From the NCBI RefSeq assembly GCF_963921235.1, contig NC_086097.1, forward strand, positions 87,732,001 to 87,796,000: 64,000 bases of DNA, in the 5' to 3' direction. Position numbers and translations under genes: made by a program. Below, in pieces: positions 11,469 through 24,934 of the stretch (its first letter is position 1; each line of letters opens with the position of its first letter). Under the pieces are notes generated by a model that did no database searches, was not told the origin of the DNA, and worked only from the letters and a program-made list of their open reading frames with translations. Origin of the DNA: Mobula hypostoma (lineage: Eukaryota).

Positions 11469-12439
11469 GGGTACGTCCACACTACACCGGATAATTTTGA
11501 AAATGAAGCTTTTTCTCTTCGTTTTGCCCTCCCGTCCACATTGAAACCCCGAAAACGGAGATTTTCGAAAACACCCTCCAGAGTGAATAAATCTGAAAAC
11601 GCTTGATATCCGGCGTAGTGTGTACGGGGTAACCAGAGAGATTTTAAAACGCTGTCATGACAACACCACAACAACAATGCTTTTTTCTGCTTCTGCTTGG
11701 TACTGCGCAAGCTGTTATAACGCACAGTTGGTGTGAACGACGTGAGAGTTAAATTGTAAAGTGAGTTTTTTTGACTATTTAAAAACGCTGTCATGACATG
11801 CTGGAACAGATGTTCGTTGTTTTCTTGAAGGCCACCACCTAACGATTTCAGAACAGACGGACGAGACTGAAGCCAGTTGACCCATAGCTTACTGAATAAA
11901 TAAGTATACTCACTCCGCCCTGTTTTCTGTCCTTGCTTGTACGAAGGTGGTTTACCTATTTAGGCAAGTACTTCTCTGACAATAGATGTGTAACAGCCTA
12001 ATGTAACATTGTATGGAAATACAAAATAACGCTGATGCAGACATTTTATACACTTAACAAGGTGCTTTATTAATGTAACAGAGTTAGTTTTTCAATGTTC
12101 GTCGTCAGCTGGGTCATACTGTCCATGAACTCCCTGTCGGTTGCCTCCATACGCTCCAGTATTTGTGTTTTTTTTTAAGTTTTAGGTCCTCCTGTGTGAG
12201 AGCCAAGAGCAATTCCTTTAAAGTTTTTCTACTCTGTAACTGGACAAACGCGCACGAAGTATATCGTTTCCTCTTCGCTTGTTTTCTGTGTGTCCTGCGC
12301 ATGCCCAGTAGGAGGAGATTCGCCCAAATATCCGCCTAATGTGGACGGAGATATTTTGAAAAACGCTTAGTGTGGACACCTGTCGTTTTTACTCGAAACC
12401 GGCGTTTTCAAAATTATCCGGCGCAGTGCGGACGTAGCC
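11469..12439. mobile_element. Non-autonomous PIF/Harbinger-type DNA transposon
   Basis: TIRs GGGTACGTCCACACTACACCGGATAATTTTGAAAA / TTTTCAAAATTATCCGGCGCAGTGCGGACGTAGCC, 3-bp TNA-type TSD TCA on both sides, subterminal repeated motifs. Confidence 0.85.
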
Positions 12440-13039
12440 TCAGGAGTGTAATAGACCACCATGTCTTAACACAAATTTAATTTCCATCTCATTCACAGCA
12501 AGGCAGTTTTTTTAAAAAAAAGACTGACATGTCCAGTTTCTTCAGGTGTGAGGCCTCCTTGAAGTAGGTAGTTCCTTTGAATCTGAGAACTGTTACGTTT
12601 CTTTTGCTTTATCCCTTTTTCTGGGACATACCTGCAGAGTGTCAAAATTTACTGCACTACTAATAAGATCAGTGTTAGGGCAAATTTACCATAGTATTCT
12701 TTGTCAACTCTTCAAATTTTTCACTTCAGTGTCACATCAAATTCATGTTTATTCTGCCCATTATTCCAATTTTCTGATCATCCCATGAATAATCCAGAGT
12801 TGTCAGCAGAGATCTTGAGTCTACAAATTATAAATCTGATGTGCAAAGAACAGGTGGAGGGGTAATGTTGTGGCTAATCTTCAGCAATAACATGGGCTGT
12901 CCTTGAATTAATACATCTATTTATGCTTCCTGCAATGTGCTTTGTCTAAGGCAACATGATTTTTAAATGCTGGAGAACCCAGTTGTGCTAACCTCACAGG
13001 ATCTGTTCCCAGAGAAGAAAATAAAAGGTTTGTGTTTAA

Positions 13040-13275
13040 AAGTGCCTTTCATGAATTCAAGATGTCCCAAAACACTTTCCAACCATCAAGTAACGTATAA
13101 AGAGTCACTGCTGGAATGAATATAGGAAAAGTAGCAGTCAATTCATGTACAGTTAGATGGCCCAGGCAATCTGTTTCAGTGAAGTCGATGAAAAATATTT
13201 GTCAGAACAATGGGGAGAATGCCATGCTCTTCAATATAATGTCATTAGATATTTGGCATTCATCTGAAAAGAAAG
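13040..13275 (-). mobile_element. Ancient Deu-domain SINE fragment (SacSINE1/AmnSINE1-like)
   Basis: GATGTCCCAAAACACTTT..AACCA...GTCACTG...AGGAAA..GCAGTCAATT...ATGCTCTTC...GTCATTAGATATTT; related to 54430-54656; recognised from memory of the family consensus. Confidence 0.45.
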
Positions 13276-15756
13276 AAAATTTTACTGAACTAAAAGTGAC
13301 CCACTGCCTTGTAGTGCTGTTTGAGATTCTTATGTGTCTGTACTAATTTGTGTTCCATGCAGATGGTCAGCGTCTTTTGCATCTTTAAACCAGGCAGTGA
13401 TGATGAAGGCCAAAGGCAGCATAGTACAATGGGCCTTTCAGTGCCTCACTGGGTCTCTTTGATAGAAAGCAGAGCAATGCCTTCTGTCAAAGCTGTGTCA
13501 TGGATTTAAAGCAAATTGACAAAGGTATTTAGTATTAAAATTGAAATGCTAAAAATGTATTTTAATAAACACTTAACCATAATAAAGACACAGGCACTTA
13601 GAAATAATTAAAAATACCAAACTAAAAGAAGATGAGGAATTAAAATACTTGTATTCTCTCCACTACTGATTTACAGGAAAGGAACTCCCAGTGAGGTTCA
13701 ATTCCTATGCTGGGTCTGAAATATATAGTATTTGAAATTTAATTTCCACAGCACAAAAGGGAATCCCAACAAGAATCTGTCTGTGACTCCTCAATTCTGA
13801 TCTTACATACATGTAGCTTAAGTTTGAAAGAACACCTGGCCAAACCCAGAAAAGTTTCTTTCATCTGAAAGAAAGCACATCCATCCGTGGTCAGTACTGC
13901 ACACAAGTATCAGTTTGGATCATGTGCTCTTGTTTCTCAATTTGAAGCCATCGCCTTCTGACTTAAAATTAGTGAAACATGAAAAGGCGCAGTCATGTTG
14001 TGGGTGCAACTCAGTGGGATATCTTCCACTTGACAGTAACAGTGAGTCTCATTTTATAGCACAGAGGATCCTGTCTTTTGCTAACTCATTGGCAAGTAGT
14101 GCCAACTCCTAGTCTGTGATAAAAGTGAAGCAGTTTCAGAATGCGCTAAGGCTACAAGTTCTGAGAAAAACATGATAGGAGAGGGTACACTATTTCAGTA
14201 ACCAACTCAATGTTGAAGTCCATCGACAATTACCAAACTCAGTTCAGTAACTAGCCATATAAAGGGTGAACCTGAGAGCTAGAACATTTGAAAGGGAAGA
14301 GTGGTATTTAGAGCTGAATGAAATTTTTCTGGATTTTTCTTTTCAGCAAGAACAGGTGACAGAGAAAGGAATCGTTTTTAAATAGATGACATCAAATAGG
14401 GCAGAGTTTGTAACAGAACATGTTGTACAGTAGCTGTAGATGAATATGGATTTGCTTGCCCATTTTGTACCTTTTATCATGTCAAATTTGCTTTCACCAG
14501 ACAAGTTTCTAAACAGCATATGCTATTTATATCGTAAGAAGAGGGTGGCAAATTTTACTGTAGGTCAGCCAGAAAGTTATCACTTAGTTTTCTAGGAATC
14601 TTAATAATCATCATAAGCACTGATTTTATTTGACCATGAAAAGAGTGTTCATGTTATTTTATATGCATACCTTGCTAGTTTTGTCTAATATTGCAGATTG
14701 AGCATAAAGATACGACTGTCATGTCACAATGTAAAGATCTGTTATATTCTTAAAAACCTTGAGGTACAGAAAATAAAATATCAGAAGTAGCAGAGGTCAA
14801 GTGAATAGTGACTTCAAGCAGCAGTGGTATTTCTGGTATCTAGTGGAAGAATTTGATATTGTGACTGTACAGTAAATTAATCTTGAGCAAACTGCATAAA
14901 CCAGCTGTTCTGGAGGATTAAGTTTCCTCTCACTTCATGTGGAGAATTACAAAGCTGATCTTGCTGCTGAAATAGAGCACAGCAAAGTTGAACTAAATGC
15001 CAGCAAGCCATAACCATCCAGATTGGAAATCAGGATTGAGAATCCAAATGAAATTGACGTCCGACTTGCTCTGCAATTTTTCATATTGAAATTGAAGAAG
15101 GATTGGATGTGTGACTGTACTAAAGGGGCAAAATAACTTAAAGTTGCAGACTTCCAAACTAGATGTACATCTGAATATTATTACAGTTATCTCTCCTGGG
15201 TACAGTGACTATAGTATACTTGTTAGTGGTCATGGTTTTATGCTCTTTTTTCATCACTTCAAGATTTGTGCCGGTGAAGTAGCAGTGAATGGTGTTCCAG
15301 GTGCCTGGAAAGCATTGTGGGAGGGAAGGGAGAGCTCCCGGCGTGAAAATAAATGGAATGTAATACAGGGCACCACTCTAAACATTCCACATTACTGTGT
15401 AAAGTTCGCTTTTATTCTCTGAAATATTTTGCCTTGTGTAAATTCAGGGTGGTGTTACCAAGCAACAGAGGTTGCTGAATACAGATGGAGAGTAGTTTAT
15501 TATTTATGTCAATCAAAAGATTCAATTGTTAATGCAACAATTTCTCATCATTGACTTATAAGGACAACCTACTTCTCCTTTTTCTCAGTTTTCCATTTGT
15601 AGTAGCTTATTTCTTTTGTAATTCTTGGTGTCTAAATCAGTTATTTTTAATTAAGCAGACATATTATCCTTAAAGCTTACTTAGATGTACTTTTGAATGT
15701 GGGATCCCATGTGGACTGTAGATCTACTTGACACTAATATTGAGGGTGCTAATAAG

Positions 15757-16007
15757 TTGGCATGGTGGTGTAGTGGCTAGCACAATGCTTTACAGTACAG
15801 GTGACGTGTGTTCGATTCCCGACTCTGCTTGTGTGTTCTCCCCATGACCCCGTGGGTTTCCTTCAGGTGCTCTTGTTTCCTCCCACAGTCCAAAGACGTA
15901 CCGGTTGGTAAGTTGTCCCGTCATTAGGCTGGGATTAAATTGGGGAACTGTTGGGCGGTACGGTTCTGAGGGCTGGAAGGGCCCATTGTGCACTGCATCC
16001 CAAAAAA
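15757..16007 (+). mobile_element. tRNA-derived V-SINE
   Basis: A box TGGTGTAGTGG, B box GTTCGATTCC, V-domain GTGGGTTTCCTTCAGGTGCTC..TTCCTCCCACAGTCCAAAGACGTAC. Confidence 0.85.
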
Positions 16008-16027
16008 GGCACCAACAGATCTTCAAT

Positions 16028-16262
16028 GGGAGGGGAGGGGACGTCGACTCAGACTATAAGAGGCCTGCATCGGGCATTTTCATGCCTTACAAGGTGCAGA
16101 TTGGAAGTCTGTGTGGGGCGCCACTCCTCACGCAGACTAGAGCAATGTGTGATTAAGTGCCTTGCTCAAGGGCACAAACACATTGCCACGGCTGAGGCTC
16201 GAACTAGCGACCTTGAGGTAACTAGACGAACGCCTTAACCACTTGGCCACGTACCCAACACA
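16028..16262 (-). mobile_element. tRNA-derived SINE (young) with 9-bp TSD
   Basis: Minus strand begins with A box TGGCCAAGTGG and B box GTTCGAGCC, then CCCTTGAGCAAGGCACTTAA; TSD ATCTTCAAT at 16019-16027 and 16263-16271. Confidence 0.85.
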
Positions 16263-16734
16263 ATCTTCAATACAGTGCTGTATTTATTCCTCATTTTTAA
16301 TTGCCCTTGCAAAAGCTGAGGGTGAGTTACCTTCTTTAGCTGCCTGGTTAACAAAGATACTCACCTGGTGTTAAGTAACAAATTCTAGGATTTTTGATCC
16401 AACAGCTTTGAACAGTGATATTGGGTGATTGGGGACTCGCAGTGTCTGATGTTTAGATTTCACATGCTGTCCAGATTATTCCAGGTGGCAGAGGTGTTAT
16501 TACTGCAGAAGCCTTGGTGAATTGTTGCAGTTTATTTTATAACCGTATACACACCAAAACCATGATGCGCTAATGTTGATTAGAATTGTTGTTTTAATAG
16601 TGGTTTAATGTTGCCACGTAATCAGCACTTGCCTGAATGTTCAGGGCTTCTTGAATTCTGGAATGCTGAATTTGCAGAGGATTGGCAAATGGATTTCAAT
16701 GTTGTTCAACTGTAACTGAACAGATAATGTAAGG

Positions 16735-17410
16735 ACAGGCATTATTAGAGAAGCTTGGATGAGAATATTGGGAGTAAGATTAGTGCATTTGCAGACAACA
16801 TTAAAATTGGTAGAGTTGCAGATAACAAAGAAGATTGTTTAAAAATACAGTGGGATTTGGACACGCTTGAAAGCTGAGCAGAATGATGCAGACTGAATTT
16901 TATCCAAACAAGTGTGATGTAAAACACTTTGGGAGGTCAAATTTTGAGAGTACATATCAAGTGGATCCTGGGAGAGTTGATGTTCAGAGGGACCTTGGGG
17001 TGCAAGTCCATAGATCTCTGAATGTGCTGAGGCAGATGGATAGGATAGTTAAAATATTTGATGGGCTTGCCTTCATAGGCCGAGGCATTTGGTATAATAG
17101 TTGGGATACTGTTGCACTTGTCCAATAGGTTGGTTAGATTATGCTTTGGAGTATCATGAGAAGCTCTGGTTTTCATACTACAGGAAGGATGTGGTAGCAA
17201 TAGAGAGGGTGCAAAGGTGGTTCATCAGAATGGAGCTTGGAACAGAGGATTGTAGTTATCATGATAGATTGGGTGTATTTTCACTGGAAAGTAGGAGGCT
17301 GAGAAGTGGCCTTGTAGAGGTTTATAAAATTATGAAGGGCATAAAATAGTCAGTAACCCCTTCCCAGGTTGGGGGAGTTTAGAACTAGAGGGCATGGATT
17401 TAAAGTGCAA
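16735..17410 (+). mobile_element. Degenerate CR1 LINE RT/3' fragment
   Basis: Translations FADNIKIG, KCDVKHFGRSN, QRDLGVQVHRSL, YRKDVVAIERVQR. Confidence 0.85.
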
Positions 17411-19361
17411 ATTGTGGTGAGTTTACCATGGGGAGGCTGGTGTGAATTATCCTGTTGGGCAGGGGCTCCCTGCTTTTTTTTTATGCCATAGTGCCTTACC
17501 ATTAGCCAAGGGGACCATGGACACCAGGTTGGGAACCCCTGCTGTAAGGATTTTGGCCGCTTGGTTGCGGGTCTTTTTGTCCTTTATATCCTGAGAATGG
17601 AAGTATTCATGGAGCCTCCTCATCACTATTTATTATTTGATTCTTTGCTACCATTTATAACTGGTGTTATAAAAGTTTGATCCATTGATCTTGGTATTCC
17701 TCACCTCCTAAAACCTAAGGCATGCTGCTTTGGCAGTTTAATATATGTGTAGAACTGAGCTAAAGCGTTACCTGCAATGGAGCCCTTGTTTTTTTTTGAT
17801 TACACACACTGCTGGTCTTGGCCATTCACATTCTCTCTATGTCTATGAATTGATTTGGTTTCCTGACTTGATAATAACGGAGAAGTAAAGTGTCTGTCAG
17901 GCCACTTGGTTGCATATCATCGTGAAATCAAAATCTTTAACTGATAGTCCATGGTGGCTTGTGAATTCCAACTGAAAGCTTCTGATAGTGCCTCATGATG
18001 AGTAATTTTTGAAAATACCTGGAAAAAAAATAATTTTGCGGTGATAAGTAGTGTGATTTCAGTGCATGCTCAATGGATTGTAAGGAGGTAAACAAGTGAA
18101 GCTCTTCTAGAAAGAGATGCTTTTCCCTCTATAATTACATACCCCTTATCCCAGAGAAATGGAGCTAGTGTATTATGAATAGTCTTTGAAGTGACTTTCG
18201 TGAGTTTAGGGGCAAGAATTTTTTTCACATGACTGCAAACCACCTCCACGTTTTATCAATAGATGCTCATGATATTATGCCTTGTGCTTTTCTATACCAC
18301 TTTAATTCTAATCTATTGTTCTACTAATGCCCCGTTGCTTTGGAAATTGCTCTGCTCTCTGCCCTTAAGGATCACAGTGGTTTCTGTCTCCCTGCAGTAG
18401 TACATTCTGTTGCTTTTATAAGTTTTTGGGTGAAGAAATTTAGCCTAACTTATTAATAATATTAAATTTATTACTCCTTGCTGCTGATCTCACAACCAGA
18501 GGTGGTTGTCTTTCTTTATTCATTTTTTTAAAAACCCTATGCAACTTTAAAAAAAAGATAATTAAATCTCTTGGCTTTCCATGACAACATTTTCCTATCC
18601 CTGTTGGCAATATATTGCATGCTGCATCACTAGTTTTAATGTTCTTTCTATAATGGGTTATCCACAACTGTACTCAGTACTCTGACAATGCCTCAGTCAT
18701 ATTTTCAATTATTTCTTGATTCTTGTGCTTGATGCCTCTAATTACAAAGCTGTGTTATGGCCTAATTTATGAAGGTATCTATCTGAATCCATATTGCCTA
18801 CAATTTGGTGTTTCAATCCAGATGCGTCTTTCTTGATCTACACCGTCCAGTATTTTCCCATAAATCTAAGCACTCACTTTCCTGCTAAAATGATTTTCCC
18901 TCAAACCTCTTTGAGATTTATTTGTGCTCTCATATTGTTCTCTGTTTAGTGAGTTAATAGATGCTGTGTTCCCTTGCTATGGAGGCAATAAATGAACATA
19001 GTTGCGAATTTCACAGCATGAAGACATCCAAAAGCTCTTCCCTCTGTTTCTTCATGAATTAGTTTGCCACTAGTCCAATAGTTTACCCATAGTACATTTC
19101 CAAGCAGAAAACAGGTTTGGTTCCTCATCAAGTCCCTGTTGAACTCATTTGACCTCTTCTGTTTAGTTTTAAGGCTTATACCACCAGGAAACAATTTAGC
19201 TCCCCTCCTGAAGCTGTCAATTCCCAACAAAGCTTCTTTTCTCTCCCTCTAATCCTCATGAAAGATCTCTAACTTTGGCTAACTCCTACAGCTGTGTGGT
19301 GGATTGACTGGCTGCATCACAGCCTGGTATGGAAACACCAATGTCCTTGAATGGAAAACCT

Positions 19362-20795
19362 CAAAGTTCAAAAGTTCAAAGTAAATTTATCATCAAAGTA
19401 TGTATATGCCATTGTTTGTAGTTCTCAGATCGCTTTCTTGCAGACGTATTCAATAAATCTAATAACCATAATAGAATCAATGAGAGATAGCACCATGGCC
19501 ACAACCAGTGTACAAAAGACAGCAAGCTGTTAAAATACAAAAAAAAGAAACTAAAAGAATAATAATAAATAAATAAGCAATAAATATCGAGAACATGAAA
19601 TGAAGAGTCTGAAAGTGAGTCCATAAGTTGTGGAAACAGTTCAGTGATGTGGCAGGTGAACTTGAGTAAAGTTATCTTCTCTGGTTCAGGGGCCTGATGG
19701 TTGACTGTTCCCGAACCTGGTAATGTGGGCCCTGAGGCTCCTGTACCACCTTCCTGATGACAGCAACGAGAAGAAAGCATGACCTGGGTGGTGGGTGTCC
19801 CTGGTAATGGATGCGACTTTCCTGCGGCAACGCTCTGTTTAGCCGTGCTTAATGATCGAGAGCGCTTTACCCGTGATGAACTGGGCCTCATTCACTACTT
19901 TTTGTTGGATTTCCTGTTCAAGGGCTTTGGTATTTCCATATGAGGCTGTGATGCAGCCAATCAATATACTTTATACACGCATCTATGGAAGTTAGTCAAA
20001 GTTATAGATGTCATACCAAAACTTAGCAAACTCCTAAGGAAGTAGAGGCACTGCCATGCTTTTTTAGATATTGCACTTTAAAGAAATTCCCACTCAGGAT
20101 CAATAAAGTATTTATTTTTATTACTATTACTACTGTTATTTACATGCTGGGCCCAGGACAGGAACTCAGAACTGATAAACTTCAAGGAATTTAAAGTTAC
20201 TGACCTGTTCCACCTCTGATTTCCACCCCCCCCCCCATGAGGACTGGCCAATGGACCTCAGGTTTCCTCCTGAAGTCAATAATCAGCTCCTTGGTCTTGC
20301 TGACATTGAGTAAGAGGTTGTTGGAGTGGACTACTCAGCCAGATTTTCAATTTCTCTTCTATATGCTGATTTATCACCACCTTTGATTCAGCCTACCCCA
20401 GTGGTGTTGTCTGTAAGTTTAAATATGGCATTGGAGCTCTTCTCAAAAACACAATCATAAGTGTAATGCAAGTAGAGCAGGCATCTGTGATGATGGAAAT
20501 ATGGAGGAGATGCTGTTGCCAATTCAAACTGACTGTGGTCTGGAAATGAGGAAATTGAGCATCCAATCACACAAGGAGGTATTGAGGCCAAGATCTTGAA
20601 GCTTATTGATTAGCTTTGATAGTATTAAGTGCTAAGCTGTAGTCAATAAAGAGTACCGTGACGTAAGCATCTTTGCTGCCCAGATGTTCCAGGTTTGAAT
20701 GAAGAGCCAATGAATTATCATCTGCTGTGGACCTGTTGTGCTGCTAGGCAAATTGGAATGGATCCAAGTCGCTTCTCAGGAAGGAATTGATATGT
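19362..20795 (-). mobile_element. Rex-Babar-like LINE 3' part (fragmented, degenerate)
   Basis: (TTTGAAC)-type tail at 19362-19385; colinear with the RT/C-terminal region of the copies at 36575-37448 and 60240-61800. Confidence 0.7.
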
Positions 20796-21237
20796 TGACC
20801 TGAAATGTTAATTCTGTTTCTCCTGCCAGTGATGTGGGCTGCTTGCTGAACATTTTCCATTTTTATTTGTGCTCCCATCTCATTTCTGGTTTTATGCATC
20901 TGTGCTTAGTATGATCTTTATACACTCCCATATTTTTATGTATTCTATGTGAGTGTGAGGCATATGCAGAGAGATCCCTCTGGGCCTCGATAGTGACATC
21001 AAATGGATGTTAACTTTGTTTTGATGTTACTTATTCAACGGAGACCCCAAAGACTGTGAAGAGCATTGTGGTCTCATTTGAGGCTGGTTTGTATCAACAG
21101 GGGGGTGGTGCCTGAATTTAGCTGCAGTACTGCTAGGTAATGCAAGGCATTCATCGTCTTGAGTTCACTCATCCTTTCTAGCATGCATCAGATAGCTTCA
21201 GTCCATATCGACCCTTGGCCCTATACACACATTAAAC

Positions 21238-22446
21238 CAGGGGTCCTCAACCTTTTTTGCACTGCGGATCGGTTTAATATTGACAATATTCTTGCGGACC
21301 AGCCGACCTGCGGGGGTGGGCGGGGGAGGCGCGGTAGGGTTGCCAACGGACAAGAGTAGCAGTCAAATTCGTTGTGTTTACCCCGAGAAAGACTACAATG
21401 ACCATGAGGCCTTGCGCGGGCACCAGTGCGCATGCAAGATTGCGTGTACGTGCCAATTTTTCTACAAATCGTTTTTGGCGATTCTGTTCGGGTGGGGGGG
21501 ATGTTAATCACGACCGGAATGTAGGTGATAAGTGGCTAATACACTCAATTTCGTTTCTAAAAGGGTTTATCTAACGAATTTAATATTAAACACACAGCGC
21601 ATATTTTACTTGCATGAATATTGTAATAAGCCAATTATCGAGGAGGACAGGAGAGCTTGAAGTAAGTGTTGAACGAACTTCCAGTAGAAGTGGTAGAGGT
21701 AGATTCAATATTATCATTTAAAGAAAAATTGGATAGGTATATGGACAGGAAAGGAATGGCGGGTTATGGGCTAAGTGTAGGTCAGTGGGACTAGGTGAGA
21801 GTAGCGTTCGGCACGGACTAGAAGGGCAGAGATGGCCTGTTTCCATGCTGTAATGGTTATATGGTTATATAAGTCACTTATAAGTCAGTAGCATCATAAC
21901 ATTTTAAGTAACATTTGGATATTAAACACACAGCACATATTTTCCCTGTATGAACATATAAAATCATTGCAACACACCAATATTGCTGAATCAGTGGGAG
22001 CCCTGGGCTTGTTTTCCTGCAACAACACGGACCTATCGGGGGTGATGGGAGACAGTGATACTCAAAGGGAGTTCCTTATGTCCAATCTATTCCGCAATTT
22101 AGTTTTTGTTGCATTCATTGCAGAGATATATTGGAAATGGAAGCAACGTTTTCAGTGCTTTCGTGGCTATCTCAGGATATTTAGCCTTGACTTTGATCCA
22201 GAATGCTGGCAGAGATGTTATGTCAAACATACTTTTCAGCCCACCGTCATTTGCAAGCTCGAGGAGTTGATCTCCTTCCCGCGCTGACAAGGATGACGCG
22301 CGGGTAATGACCTCGCGTGTGTTCAAGCTCAACAGTGGGCATGACAGGGAATGAGGAAAAGTGCAGCTGACTCATATCGCCAAATCATATCGTTTCCTCG
22401 CGGCCCGGTAGCACATGCTTTGCAGCCCGGTGGTTGGAGACCGCTG
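21238..22446 (-). mobile_element. hAT-Charlie non-autonomous DNA transposon with transposase C-terminal remnant
   Basis: TIRs CAGGGGTCCTCAACC / GGTTGGAGACCGCTG; perfect 8-bp TSD CATTAAAC; minus-strand remnant SLPAFWIKVKAKYPEIATKALKTLLPFP.YLC (hAT dimerisation domain, Charlie/ZBED5-like). Confidence 0.92.
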
Positions 22447-22926
22447 CATTAAACCACCTCCTCCAGCCAATTCCATTGTCCACCAATCTTCCCATTGACC
22501 TCTTCGCATTCCTCCATTACCATCAATTACTTCCAGTAACTATCTTTCCAAACCACCTCCCTACAAGATCTCCCCTACTTCCAGTCAACTTGCTTCCTCA
22601 CTGCGCATCCCTGGCGCTGTACTCACTAGTCATAATAAACCTTTCTGTGGGCTCTTCCTTCTTATCAAGGGGAAATAGTGTCTCAGTAAGATTTTATAAT
22701 TAGTAAATCACTTTGTTAGATTCCTTAAAGGCTTTTTATATATTAAATTAATTTAATATTTACCATTTAATATTTATTACTTGTTATTCCTTGCTCAGTT
22801 TAATATATCTTAATGAGAATCTACTTCCTTCAACTTACAAAAATCTGTGTAGCATTCATAATGAAGCAAACAATATATTGTACTAATTGCAAATGACTCC
22901 CTGCAAAATGGAAGTGTGACTTATTA

Positions 22927-24528
22927 CAGGTTTCCCGTGCCATCCGAAGGTAGAGCGTTCCTATGAAATGGTTCATAAGCTGGAATGCTGTAAAGTGAAG
23001 AAGCAATTACCATTAACTTATATGGGAAAAATTTGTGAGCGTTTGCAGACCCAAAAATAACCTACCAAATCATGCCAAATAACACATAAAACCTAAAATA
23101 ACAGTGACATATAGTAAAAGCAGGAATAATATGATAAATACACAGCCTATATAAAGTAGAAATACTTCTATACAATCATTGCCTGCACTGTTCTCCGTAG
23201 CGAAAATCTCACACAAGCGCTGTTGGCAGAAACACGGCGCAAGCGCTCTCACCAGAAACAGTCTCTCCAGTAACCTTTAAGCTATGAAGCTGCCAAATCA
23301 TACCAAATAACACATAACAATACACAGCTGATATAAAGTAAAAATAATGTATGTACAGTGCAGTATTACTTACCGGAATCTGGAAGACAGCGCAGAGCAC
23401 ACTGATGATCGTGTGTTAGGCTGAGTCGTCGGAGGTTGGGGTGGTGCAGTGGCCCTACCTCCCGGGCTGCGAAACATGCAGGGGTACAGCGGTAGCCAGA
23501 ACGCATCCAGCACAACTTTAAGAAAAAAGCGGAAATAAACAAGCTAGTTAATTAGGTGCTGCCCGGCACGTAATTGTCGGCCCAGATCAGAAGCGACACA
23601 ATTGGCAATCACTTCTGATCTGGGCCAACATTTACGTGCCAGGCGGCACCTAATTAATTAGCTTGTTTATTTTGGCTTTATTTTTAAAGATGCGCTGGGT
23701 GTGTCCCGGCTACCACTGCATACTTCGTGGATCGGTATCTCCGCGGCCCGGGGGTTGGGGTGGTGGGACACTGGGGTGTCGTCTCGTCGTCTCTTTTCAT
23801 CAAGGCAGGCAGGTCATCTTCTATGTCTGCCTGCCTCAGTGTTGAAAGTCGAGGTTCATCGTCTACTGTGGCTGATGTGGAAGACTTGCTTAACTGCTTA
23901 ACTATCATACAGTTCTTTGTAAGGACTAAAACCATCTTGCAAGTATGCCCTATACCGATGTACCCTTTCAAAATTAAAGTCGTACTTTACCATTGCAGCG
24001 AAAATCTCACGCAGTCGCTTCACGTTCGGTTCCTGGACGACTTCACTTTCGGTCCATTCGCTACTGCATTTGTTTTCGATTGTTATCCTTTCCTCTTCCA
24101 ATTGCAACAGTTCTTGGTTATGGGATACCAAAACCTCTTCAACATCATCTTCGTCAACTTCCACAAGCCAAACACACTTCGTCCTTACTTCATTCACCAT
24201 GATCGAAACGCTTAATTTTCTTTAGTTTTACGCTAAGTGTAACACCCTTACGGGCTCTTTTAGGCTTTTCCGATACCTTAGAACTCATCTTGCTAACGGA
24301 TGCTCACAGGCACGTGTTTAAGCAGTGCCGGCTAGAATGCCGTTCCGAATCCGGGGGAGAGCGGCTGCTCGGGGCACGCGCTGCTTTTTTTGGCACGCTG
24401 CCTTTTATCGCACGCTGATTTATTTTGTAACAGTGAAAACACCTGTTAGTGAAAACAGGTAACTAATGTAGGTCTTTCGTAACAGTGAGGTTTGATAAAG
24501 TGAACGTTTGAAAAGCGGGGGACACCTG
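22927..24528 (-). mobile_element. Tigger/pogo (TcMar) internally deleted DNA transposon, copy 1
   Basis: CAGGT...ACCTG termini flanked by TA; minus-strand remnants of the N-terminal HTH (KRARKGVTLSVKL..IKRFDHGE) and the acidic C-terminus (EVDEDDVEEVLVSHNQEL). Confidence 0.88.
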
Positions 24529-24934
24529 TATTGAATGACTCTTTAGTGCCTGCGGCCAGGGTCATCCGAAAGGATGCTTTGGAGCTATAACAACTGTGTG
24601 AGGTGTGATGCCTCACCAGTTAGTGCTGCTGCCCTTCAGCTCTACTGACCACGGTGCGGTGGAAACTCAGAAGGTGGTGAGAATGTGGAGTGAACTGCCA
24701 ATGGAAGTGATGGATGCTAGTTCAATTTCAACCTTTGAGTAGTTTAGCTAAGTGCAGCAATGGGAGGAATGTGGAAGCCTGCGGTCCAGGGGCAATTTGA
24801 AGCAATTAGGCAGAATAATAGTTTGGCACAGTCCAGATGGGTCGAAGAGCCTGTTTCTGTGCTATAGTGCTCTATGACTGTTGTGTGAGTTTGCACAACG
24901 TGTCTTTGACAATCTTCTTTCTCAATAAAAGATA

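Noticed and set aside
16190..16262. Possible tRNA gene on the minus strand
   Set aside because: The tRNA-like head continues into a SINE body flanked by a TSD, so it is a SINE
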